Source: Geosiphon pyriformis uo1
Lineage: Eukaryota > Fungi > Glomeromycota
Direction of reading: 5' to 3'
DNA length: 64,000 nucleotides
NCBI GenBank assembly: GCA_016748015.1
Contig: JAAOMT010000703.1
Location: 866,255-930,254 of the forward strand
Shown piece by piece: positions 13,257-26,159 of this stretch; position 1 is the first letter of the stretch, and every line of letters starts with the position of its first letter. A program made the position numbers and the translations under genes. The notes below the pieces were generated by a model, which ran no database searches, was not told the origin of the DNA, and saw nothing but the letters and a program-made list of their open reading frames with translations.

Positions 13257-13470
13257 ATGACTATTCCTCAAAACATTCAACAATTATCCCAAAAACTAAT
13301 ATTAGCTTTAAAAACAATACCCGAATTATCTATTACTGTTACTGGAAACCACATTAATTATACTCAAACAGAAGTAGTTACAAATTTAGCCCCAAACTCA
13401 CGAAAATATCACCCATATAAAAAGAACACAAGAAGTTATACTGGAATTCATCTGCCAGAACTTTTAAAGC
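13257..13470 (+). CDS. Extra ORF3 of Gypsy-A, unknown function, truncated by N-gap
   Basis: Open from ATG 13257 into the gap, between integrase and 3' LTR; contains RKYHPYKK. Confidence 0.5.
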
Positions 13471-13725
13471 NNNNNNNNNNNNNNNNNNNNNNNNNNNNNN
13501 NNNNNNNNNNNNNNNNNNNNNNNNNNNNNNNNNNNNNNNNNNNNNNNNNNNNNNNNNNNNNNNNNNNNNNNNNNNNNNNNNNNNNNNNNNNNNNNNNNNN
13601 NNNNNNNNNNNNNNNNNNNNNNNNNNNNNNNNNNNNNNNNNNNNNNNNNNNNNNNNNNNNNNNNNNNNNNNNNNNNNNNNNNNNNNNNNNNNNNNNNNNN
13701 NNNNNNNNNNNNNNNNNNNNNNNNN

Positions 13726-14463
13726 ACCGAAATAATTGATAGTTCACCAAAATATCTAATAGTTCACCGAAATAACTTGTAGTTTGCCGAAATGTATCTT
13801 TAGTTCAGTGAAATTGTAGAAAATAGCAAAGTTTAAGTTCATAGAATAGTGTTATAACAAGTTGTATAAAAGAAGAGCTTCTCTCTTCGAGAAAATGTAT
13901 CTTACTTTAGATTTATTACTTAGAATCATTTCTACACACACAAAAAGAAATAAATACCAAATAATTTGAAAAACCAAATTCTTTAATTATTGCCCTTGGA
14001 AAATCCCCAAAACCCAACTAACATTTCAAAATTGATTAGCTACCAATTTCAATAAAACTGTTAGTGACTCCAGGCCTGAATAGAAAATGTTTTTCTTGAC
14101 AAAAATTCTATTTTTTTTACATTTCTTTTATTTTCTTTTATTTTTCTTACTATAATCATTAGGGTAGCCTACAGACAAGATTCCTGTAGAAGAGTTGACT
14201 TTGACAGCAAAGTAACTACATTTTTAGTGAGCTTCCAGACAAGCAATTCTTGGGAAAGAGTTGACATTTACTACAATGTAACTACATAAAGTAACTGGCA
14301 AGGAATTGGCCATTCCACTTATAAGCCCAGCAGTTCAAATTATAGGAGATAATTTGAAGATAAATTCAGTTACTGGAGGTTCAACCACATCCAGAAAACG
14401 TGAATTCACAGCAAATAAGTATCAACAACATTACAGAAAAGAGACCAAAAACCTCCGGTAACA
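13726..14463 (+). repeat. 3' LTR of Gypsy-A (start hidden in gap)
   Basis: Roughly 96-97% identical by eye to 5350-6087; ends CCGGTAACA. Confidence 0.95.
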
Positions 14464-15299
14464 TTGGTAATATCTGAAGATTTTTTGTATAATTTGAAAA
14501 TTTTGCATGATTTGAAGATTTTGGTTGAGTTCTTTGTATAATAAACAGAGATTCAATAGTTGTGTCAGTAGTCTCTCAAAATGATTATTCTGTCAAATTT
14601 TTTTCTTTAGTGTAGTAGCTAGTTTATTTTAACAGTCATGTTTTTCTAATAAGCTATTCTTAAATTTTTAAACTCTATACTCTTATTTCTGAATTTTTTA
14701 CCAAACTATTCTTGATGTTAATTAATCAGTGCTTAATTTTTTTAATCAATTAGTAAATCAAACAACAACAAAAAAATAAAAAAAAATAAAAAAAAAATAA
14801 AAAATTAGTATCTTGTTAATAGTTGTAATTAAGAACTATTCTTCCAGTATGATTAAATATTAAATATTATCAACATAGAGTATTAATAACAGATAAGTAA
14901 TAGAAATTCTCAATCAAATAATAATAACATAAATTGAAAAATAATAAGTATGTTTTATTAAATTTTGGAATAAATTTACTTTAGTTGTTAGTAACTATCT
15001 GTAAAATAAGAGTTAATTAATAGATAAAAAGAGAATACTAAACTGAAACTGGATTCTGTTTTTTCTTGTTTTTAATGCTATTGTTATATATATATAATTG
15101 GTGTTATATGAGATTCCTAAAATTTTGCAATTCTTTCAAAAAAATTCTGGAATTCTGGAATCTTGTAATTTTTTACAAAGAATTTTGGAATTCTGAGATT
15201 CTGGAATCCTGCAATTCCTTCAGAAAAATTCTGAAATTCCTCTGTTACTATGCCTGTTTCTAATTGGCTATTCTTTTAACTATATAATATTCCTAATTT

Positions 15300-15830
15300 T
15301 TATAAGTAATATTGTTAAAATCAAAAAAAAACCATCTTATTATCAAGATCTAGCACTCACTTAAAAAGAACAAAAACAGTATTTAAAACAATTAAACACT
15401 AGATTTTGTAAACATTTTTTAATTTCCAGTAACTTTGAATATTGTGATAATTATAATTTTATTTACAATTTGCCATTATGTAAGATCTATTTAATTCCTA
15501 AAGAAAAAAAACCAATTAGCAGTTGTATTTCAAAATCGGAATCAAAATTTAATCCCAATTCAAATTTTGATAATGATGACAACAACAGTTTCAACTTTAT
15601 CCACAATGGCAATAGCAATAACAATGATTCAAACTCTGATAAAAACTTTAAACAATATATTATGCTTTTAGATCTTTTATAAGAGCAGAAACTTAAATGA
15701 TTTAACAATAATAATGAGAATATTATGTCAGAATGCATGCATAATACTAATACAAAATTTGATCTCAGATATTTGGAAAAAATTGCCATCAGATTGAAAC
15801 CTTATTTACATACCAGTATAGATTTAGAAG
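15300..15830 (+). mobile_element. Gypsy-B internal relic including dUTPase N-terminus
   Basis: FNNNNENIMSECMHNTNTKFDLRYL matches FNNNGQGIKPEKAHEIDAGYDLRYP of family A. Confidence 0.65.
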
Positions 15831-15889
15831 ATTTAGGAGATTTTAATGAAGTTTAATATTAAAAAAAAATTTTACTCATAGAAATTAAA

Positions 15890-16823
<934 letters not shown>

Positions 16824-16827
16824 ATAT

Positions 16828-17309
16828 CAATTCTTTAATTATTTATACTTAAAAATTCTTTGAAACCCAACTTAACATTTTGAAATTGATTAGCTACTAA
16901 TTTCAGTAATCTATTAAGGACTTTAAGCCTGAATAAAAAAACAATTCTCTTAAAAAAAATTTTATTTTTTTTATAATTCTTTTATTTTTCTTATTATAAT
17001 CATTAAAGTAGTTTACAAACAAGATTTCTGTAGAAAAGTTAACTTTTGCTGCAAAAATAACTATACATTTTAATAAGTTTTTAGATAAGCAATTCTTAAG
17101 AAAGAGTTGATATTTATTACAATATAACTATACAAAATAACTGGTATAGAATTAGTTATTCTACTTATAAGTCTGATAGTTCAAATTATAAGAAATAATT
17201 TAAAGATAAATTTAGTTATTGGAGATTCAATTACTTTAAAAAAATGTGAATTCACAGCAAATAAGCATTAACAACATTTAAGAAAAGAGACCAAAAATCT
17301 CTAATAATA
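16828..17309 (+). repeat. Decayed 3' half of an LTR-A copy
   Basis: Colinear with ~13975-14463; differences are mostly C>T/G>A. Confidence 0.85.
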
Positions 17310-17579
17310 ATGCCAACAATAAATATATTTTGATAAATTGAAAAGTAAAGTTGTTATATATACATTATTTTATATATCTTTTTAACTAATCATAATAATT
17401 AAACAAAATAATGATTGATAAACAAGTAGTATAAATTATATCTTTTTTTAATTCCATTAAACTTAAACAAGTTTGTAAATTTTAAACCAAACTTAAACCA
17501 AATTCAGACTTGTCAAAAAGATTCAATGTGAAACTTGAACCAAACCTACTTTGAAAAATTGGTTTAGTTCAATTTGTTT

Positions 17580-20500
17580 TAATTGAAACCTTAATTTTTT
17601 GATTGGTTTTTTTTTTAGGAATTGAGTAAATTATATGTAATAATAAATTGTAAATAATATTACAATTATTACAATATTAAAAATACTAAGGAATTAAATA
17701 ATAATTGCATAATTTGGTATTAAAATTGGCCAGTTTTTGTTTCTGTTTTTTTAATAGAAACAGGTTTTTAATAGTATTCTTAAAATATTTTTGAATTATT
17801 AGTAAAAAGATTATTTATTTTTTTGATTACTATAAAAGTATTCTTAATAGTATGTATTTCTTTAACAATTGTATTTTTTTATTTTACTGTGGTTATTTTT
17901 CAGATTTTATTTTTATTATATAGATATAAGTTTAATTAATTAATTGCTCAACTATAAGCAATAACAAATAAGATTTTTTTGTGTATTTAATTATTAATTA
18001 AGATAATATATTAATATAATTTATTACAAATTTTTTTTCTACCAAGAAAGTTATTCTATAATTTTTTATTAAATAGAGCTTTTTTATAAACAAGACATAA
18101 TATGTTATCTTATTTGTCTTATTATTTCAGTTGTTTAAATTATTTTAATACATATAAACAATAGTAATACTTAATTACAGTTAACCATATTTTATTGTAT
18201 TTAATACATGTATCTATTAAAAATAATTTCTTTTTACAATTAATATAGACTAGTTTTAATAAATAATATAATTGTGTTTTTTAATTTGATAGTATATAAA
18301 CAGAGATTAAGATTTATAGCTCTTCTTTGGCTTTTTTTTGGCTTTTTTTTTCCTAAGTAAATATTGGTGGTAATTTATTATAATCTTTTTCAGTCCAAAA
18401 AACTTGGTAAACTTTTTAAATATGTTTTTTTTTAAATAGCTAGTCATTAACAACAAATACTTAGTATTATGTAATTTTTATAATAAAAATTTTAATAAGT
18501 GTAATAATACTATTGATTTCGAAAAAAAAGTTGTTAATTTTGCCAATAGATGTTTTTATTGCTTTATTAATAGTAATAATACATATGTTGGCAGTTTTGT
18601 CAACTCAATAACTTAATTAGTTTATGAGTTGTTTTATAATAATACTATTTATAAAACTGTTATTAAATATAAAGCTTAATAGATTGGCTATTAATTTTGA
18701 TATTTATATACATAGTTATAATTAATTTTTTTATATTGAAAGCAATTTCACTAAATAAAGAATTAAAAATATTTTTTTCAATATAAAAAGAAATAATACA
18801 ATAAATAAATTGTTTTTAGTAATAATAGTAAATAAAATGTTATTGAATTTATTGAATTGAGTGGTTTTTAATTCATAGTATAAAGCATTTTTTGTTATAA
18901 TTAAAAAACTTAAATAGTTCTGAAAATTCGGGTTTTGGGTGTACTTACTTTCTGAGTTTTTTAAATATAATTCCAATATTTGGTTCTAATTATTAAAAAT
19001 TGGTTGATATATTAGTATAATCAATTTCTAATTTTATGGTATGTATATTATTTGTAGTTATTGAATTTCAACTGGTGTTGAAATTTGAAATTGTAATTGT
19101 GTTAGTTAAGATAGTATTTACAATAAAAGTTGATAAATAATTAAAAATTATAATATCTAATACATTAAAGATACATATATATAAGTTGTTATATTATTTA
19201 TTAATAATAAAATTAATATTAATATTGTTTTTAATTTTGATAAAAACTCAGAGTTTGAAATTGGTAATTAAAATTTCCATATTGTTTTTCCAATTATTGA
19301 TTACTTAACCTAGTTTTATAATCTGCTTTTAAATATTTTTGTTTGTAATAATAGTAACAAATACACATTTTTTATTGTCATAACTAATTTTTTAATTATA
19401 ATAAATGTGCTTAATTCAGAAACCAATTGGAATTTTTTTGCTGATTATAATATTGTAGAGATTAATAAAGTGTTTAATTATTAGCTAAGTATTTTTTAAG
19501 TTTTTGTTTAATTAATTTACCAAATTGCTTTAATTTGGTATCAAGTTTAGATAATTTATTTATTATTAAGTTTATAGTTTAAACATAGTTTGTTTCAAGT
19601 TTAGCTGATTTAAAATTTTTGGTGTATATAATTGTATTTTAAAACATATTAAAATATAGAAAGTATACTTATTATAAAAGACTACTATATAATTTTTTGA
19701 TAAATTAATTAAAAATTTGGAGTGCTATAAAGTAGTTAGCATCTATGACTTAAATTTGGTATTGATTTTGGTAAAAGCATCTTAAATAAACAGTAATAGC
19801 TTTAGTTTTTTTTGCTTGATTGTTGTAAATTCAGTTAATAGCCAATTAATAATATTGTAATTACTAAAATATTATAAAAAAACTTGTTTAAAAATGTTAA
19901 AAGTTTGGAATTTATTGGCCAAATTTTAATATTATAAATTGGCAATATTCTAAAAAAAGTATAAAATAGTTTAAAAAGCTCTGGTATTATTTTAGCTGTT
20001 GGCTATAATGGCTTTGGTTATATTATTTAGCCAAGCTTAAACATTATTTTTTTTGCCAATAAACTTTTCTAACTTTATGATTGGTACATATATTATTAGT
20101 GCTAAAAATATATTTATAAGTTGTTAAAATTAATAAAAAACAAATATTGAAACTATAAATAATAGATTAATCTAAAAAGTTAAAGATAAGTTTTATAAAA
20201 TAATAAAAATAAAATTTGAATTATTTGGATCTTGTTGAATTTAAACAATCAGAGTTTAAATAATTCTAAAAGTTTAAATTTTTAGTATATTTAAAATTGG
20301 GTTTTTATTATTATTTTTCTAATTACTGTTTTTTTTTCTAAATTAGTATTTGTTTAATTACTGGTAGATTCGAAATTAGGTTGCAATAATAGTAATTGAA
20401 TTCTTAATAAAACAATTAGTTATAATTTAAATTCTTTAAAATAATTATCATAAATTTTTAAGAATTTGAATTTTTTTTAATTGTTTTGGAACAATATTTA

Positions 20501-23500
20501 AGCTTTAGATGTTTTTATAGTAAATAATAACACAAATTCGACTAGTATATTAATAATGCTTTCAAATATATAATAATATAATAGATTGATAGATGAAACA
20601 ATTTTTTATTTTTTTTAATTAAATAGTTAAATTTGTTTTAATGTTTTTGATGTTATTTGTAGTTTGTTTTTTTTTGTTTATAAAAATGATTAAAAATTTT
20701 TGTTAAATGTAGTTTTTAATTTTGTAATTTATTTTAGTAAGTAATAAGACAAAATTATGATTTTAAGATAAATTAATATGTTATAGTAATTTATTATAAA
20801 AGTTTTTACTAATAAATTCAAAATTTTTTTAACCTTCTAAATAATATACAATTTTTTTGTTAACATAAAAATTGAAAGCTAATTTGGCTGGCCAATAATT
20901 ATTTATTAGTTTGAGATAAGTTTGGTAATATTAAAATAAAAATTTTGCAAATTTTAAGTGATTTTTTTTATAATTTTTTAGTTTGCTACTTTTTTAAATA
21001 ATTATTAATAATGCTTTGTTCTTTGCTAAATTATACTTTATAAAAATCACCAAATATTACAAATAACAAACTTATAACTTAGTACTAAATTAGTAGTTAT
21101 AATAATAATAATCTTTAAAGATTTTGAAATTTGAAAGCTTAATTCAAATTTTTTATATAATAGACAAAAATTCAATTGCTTTTGTTTTTCATAAATTTTT
21201 TTTTTAGCATAATAATTAATTTAATCTGGTAGTTATGCTTTTTTGGTAAGCTATTTTTTAAGTTTCATTTTTGTTTCATGAATTTTTTATTAGACTATTT
21301 TTAATATTAAATCTTAATACTTAATTTCTGTTTAATCAATTAATAAATACAATAACAAGATAAAAAAGAAAGAAATAAAGTTAAAAAATTAGTATCTTGT
21401 TAATAGTTATAATTAAGAGTTATTGTTTTAATATGATTAAATATTAGATATTATTAATATAAATTGTTAATATAATAAATATTAGTAAATAATTTAATTA
21501 AGCAATAATAATAACATAAATTAAGTAATAATTAATAATTTTATTAATAAGTAAATGATTTTACTTCAAGTAATAGTAAATTAACTTTTAAAAAGAATAG
21601 AAAGAAGAAAAAATTAAGTTTTTAATTTTTTTTTTCTTTTTTAATTTTATTTTTTTTTATTATATTTTAATGAGCGAGACCCAAATACTACCTAAAACTA
21701 TAATACCACATAAAGAATTACATTATAGGCATAAATTATGCATTTTCTACATGTGATCAGACACTCAGCCCAATCAAGGACTCACTATGCTGAATTAAAA
21801 GTAGGTAGGAATAATCCCAACCCACGAATTCTCTCAATGATACTATTCAGATTCCTAGAGTCAAAAATAAACTCACTAAAAAACAATCTAGTAGACTCAA
21901 TATTGCCTCTGGTTTTAGCACCAAACATACGCCACAAAGCAATAATATGCTTAATAGTGTCCTCACTTAAAAAGAAAGACTTAGCAGCCAGCATACTATC
22001 ATAATCCATATCACTAAAATTAATCTTAGATCTAAGACAAGCAATGTCCTTGGAGACCCCAACCAAGAGGTTAGAAAAATTGTTAACAGCACTCTTCATA
22101 GAAATGAGATTTTTCTTGATCTGAACAGTCTTAGCAGCATTATCATCAAGAAGACAAGACACCAAAGCAACCAAAAAACTAACAGGCTTAACAATAGACT
22201 TAACCAGAGCAGCCAAATCCGAAATCTGCTTTTCCAAAGAGTTCAATCTAGAACCAACAGCAGGATCAACAACAGAAGCAGCCAAAGAAACCACCAAAGA
22301 AGGAAACTCAGAAAGACCAGAAGGAGCAGCAGTCTTGGCATATGAAGCAGAACCCACAAAACAAGACTTGAAAACCTTGGGAACCTTGGGAGTGGGAGGT
22401 GAGGAAATCTTGCAATCCATGACCAGATGGCCCATTTCTTGACACTTAAAGCAGCGCCGGCAGCCAGGAGTTTCCCATCAGATACGGCATTTTCTTAGAG
22501 TACCAGTCTTAACTACAGCAGAATCCAAATCGCCTTGAGAGTCAAATGTAACTAAAGTGAACTGGAAACAACAACCAGAATCAAGAGAATGAGAGATGAA
22601 ACATGTTCAACCACCAATCTGAGAAATCATATCACTGATTTCAAAGACAGTACAACCAGAGGGAAGATTGACCAATTTGGCCTTAAACTTATCACGAGAC
22701 AAAATAGTCTCATTTTGATTCACCAGAGGGAGGATTCTAACACTATCTTTGTCCATCAAGACTGACCAATGTTTCAAGGCAGACACAGCAGAGTCCAACT
22801 TTTCGAAATAAACCACCACATACTGCCAAATGCCAGCAGGCTTTAGCACAACACGAGCGACACTACTAAACACATTAAGAGCCAACTTAATGTTAGCAGC
22901 AAACACACCCAAAGGCACATCATGCAGCGCAACAGCAGCAGAAAAGGAACCAGATTCAGAAACCACCAAAGACTTGGCAATTTTAAGAGTGGCCAAATGA
23001 ACAGAGCTTGTAAGCTCAACCAGAAACACAGCTTCCAAAGATTGTTGAGAAGCAAACTCCACACAGAAAAGCTTCACATTGTCTTTTAAAACAGATTTAG
23101 CACCCAAGAAACCATGCACAGACTGAAAAACAGTCTTAACATGAGCCAATTTGATCCTAAAAGTAGCACCAGGCACCAGAGTGGAGACCACCCACCCAGC
23201 AAACCTGTGACAACTAGTAATAGTTTCCCAAGCACCACCAGAAGTAGCACCAGAAACTAAAGGAGGAGATGAATCAGTTTCCATTTGATCAGCCCAGTTC
23301 CCAAGAACAGGTGACTCAACAGAAAAAGATTGTTTTGCTTCTAAAACCAGCAATGATCTACCGGAAGACACCACATTTGGCAATACAGCCAGTGGTTGAT
23401 CTTAGTTTATCTTGGATGACATGCCGGATAATGTTATGGAGATCTCATCTAAGATCTTATTGGGAACCACAAAGGGGTTTGGTGTAACAATAGCAGAGGC

Positions 23501-24110
23501 AAGCGACTGCCTCCACTTTTCTGAACTTCTGGTCTTTTTGACTATTTTTTTTGAAGAGGTGGTGCTAGAAGCATCAGATGTTGAATTTATAGAGGGGAAA
23601 ACCAGTTTATTCACTGGTCTATTATTAAAAACTTTTGGGCTCTTGGTTGGAGTAGAGGCAACACTGGGACTAATCCAGGTGTGGCTATCAAAAGCAGCTT
23701 ATCATGATTACTGGGTAGGGGGAAGGCTTCTAAAACGTTTTGCCTAGTTGCTTCTACAACAAAGAAAGCTCCTTTGGTTGAAATTTTATTAGATATTTCA
23801 GGACAGATATTAGGTGCAGCTCTTTTACTCTTTGCTCTGATTGTGGTCATAAAATTAAAGAGACAAAGAATTATATAAATTTTTAATTTTATTGCTATAT
23901 ATACATAATTTTTATTATATAAGATTTTTTAAAATTCTTAAATTCTTCTTATAAAGATTTCTGAAATCTTAGAATTCTGTAATTTTTATTAAAAGTATTA
24001 CTGAAGTTTTAAAATTTTGAAATTTCAATTAAGAAAAATTTTGGATTTTTTTTACTATGTTTATTTTTAATTGGCTATTTATCTATTTATTATTATTATT
24101 TTATTATATG
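17580..24110 (-). mobile_element. Heavily decayed Gypsy-B element (5' LTR 21055-21630 + 23880-24110, split by the half-LINE)
   Basis: Reverse complement shows LTR-B end + TTTGGTGA PBS at ~21050, and gag/protease relics (YTQNPNFQNYLSFL) homologous to 4155-4760. Confidence 0.7.
21630..23879 (-). mobile_element. ORF1-only non-autonomous retroposon ('half-LINE'), copy 1
   Basis: Disrupted ORF1 (ATG 23850 to stop 21785) with RRM-like segments, CFKCQEMGHLVMDC knuckle and coiled coil; LINE-type 3' tail, A-rich end, candidate TSD TTTTTAATTTT (21619-21629 / 23880-23890). Confidence 0.85.
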
Positions 24111-25174
24111 AGTAATATTATAAATTAGATTTACTTCTAATTTTTTTTGTTTTAACATAATATTGTTTTGACTGATTCAAATAATTAATTATGTATAGAA
24201 AGTACATAATTTATATTTAGTTTAGATTATTTAATTTAATATATATTAGAATATGTTTAAATCTTATTTATTAAATATAATAAAAAAAATTACATAATTT
24301 TGGTTTAATATTTTTATGTTTATTTTGAAATTAAGTTTATTAATATTAAATTAATAGATTTTTGTATTTATATTATAAAAGTATTACATAATAAATTATT
24401 AGTAATATTATACAAAAAAATATATTATATTATTTATTTAAGTATTAAATATTTTAAATATGATTTAATAAAAAATTTAATTATTGTAGATATTATGTTT
24501 AATATAGATTTAAATTTTAATCTATTATTAAGTGAATTAAAATTTTTGTTTTAAAAAAATTGTGTTTTAAAAATAATATTTAAAAGCTTTTAAGATATTT
24601 AAATCTGTTAAACTTAATATGAATTTAAAATCAATAATATTATAATTAATTTAAATAAAACAATAATTATTTTAATTAATCTTAAAATTAAAAAAGTTTT
24701 TTTTAAATATAAGTAAATTTACAATTTAATTGTAAAAATAAGTAAATATTATTAATATTTAAGAATTTTTTGTTAATTAAAAATTTTTTTGACTTTAATT
24801 TAAAAAAAACAAATTTAAATATAAAATTTTTTATATTTATAATTTTATAAAAAGTTATATCTAATAAATAATTTTTGTATTTGGTTTTAGTTGTTTGTAA
24901 TTTATTATTAATTACAAAACTTTATTCAATTTTGTTAATAAGACTATTTATAAAAAATAAAACTATTTTTTTACAATTTAAAACTATTTAATTAAGTACA
25001 AATTAAGAAAAAAATTGTATTTATTATTAGTTTTATCAATATTAATAAGATTTTTAACAAACTTTTTAAACATAAATTAATAAATTTACAAATTTTAAAT
25101 TAAGTTTTTTAAAGTTTACTTTAATATTTAATCAAATTAAAAATTAAATTTTTGAATAATTTTTTAGTTGACAT

Positions 25175-26150
25175 TGTTATTAATAGAATTTTAATCAATA
25201 AAATTACTCTTATAACTCTTATTAATAATTAACATATATTATTATTATTTTATTTATTACTTATTATTTAATTAAATTATTACAATATTTCTATCTAATT
25301 AATAACTTAATTTATATAATACACTAATATAACCAAATACAATAATTAGATTATACAATATTTCGAACTTTGTAACATTTAAAAATTTGTGAAATATCTT
25401 AATACTATACTAAAATAATTCATAGTTTATAAAAACAACTTGTAGTTTATTAAAATGTATTTTTAATTTATCAAAATTATAGCAAAAAAAAAGTTCAAGT
25501 TTATAGAATAGTACTATAATAAACTATATAAAAAAAGAACTTTTCTTTTCAAAAAAATATATTTTATCTTAAAATCACAATTTTAGCTAAAATTATTATT
25601 ATTAAAAAGATTTTTTCTAGTATTTATACAAATCATTTCAATAAAAACTACATTAAAAAACAACAAAATTATAATTATTTTTGCTTAAATATTTCTGTAT
25701 TCTAATTAATGTTTTAAAATTAATTAGCTACTAATTTCAATAATTTATTAATAATTTTAAATCTGAACAAAAGACAATTTCTTTAATAAAATTTTTTTTC
25801 TTTTACATTTTTTTTACATTTTTTTATTTTTTTATTATATATATTAAAATAGCTTACAAACAAAATTTTTGTAGAAAAGTTGACTTTTACAGCAAAATAA
25901 TTACATATTTTTAGTAAGTTTTTATATAAATATTTTCAGAAAAAGAATTGACTTTTATTGCAAAATAATTATATAAAATAACTAATACAGAATTAGTTAT
26001 TTTATTTATAAGCTTAATAATTCAAATTATAAAAGATAATTTGAAAATAAATTCAATTATTAAAAATTTATTAGCTTTTAATAATTATAAATTCACAACA
26101 AAATAACATTAATAATATTCAAGAAAAAAAACCAAAAATTTCTGATAACA
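25175..26150 (+). repeat. Solo LTR-A, decayed
   Basis: TGTTA...TAACA, 976 bp, colinear with 5108-6087; flanks ACAT/ATAT = 4-bp TSD with one C>T. Confidence 0.85.
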
Positions 26151-26159
26151 ATATAATAA

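Larger units (their letters stand above)
5108..14463 (+). mobile_element. Near full-length Ty3/Gypsy LTR retrotransposon (family A) with dUTPase; inactivated by point mutations
   Basis: TGTTA...TAACA termini, 4-bp TSD TTGG (5104-5107 / 14464-14467), ~0.98-kb LTRs, domain order gag-PR-dUTPase-RT-RH-IN; N-gaps at 6088-6385 and 13471-13725. Confidence 0.95.
5031..15289 (-). repeat. Inverted LTR-B copy split by the Gypsy-A insertion (parts 5031-5107 and 14464-15289)
   Basis: The two parts join across TTGG to match the reverse complement of the uninterrupted LTR-B near 16740-16823. Confidence 0.8.
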
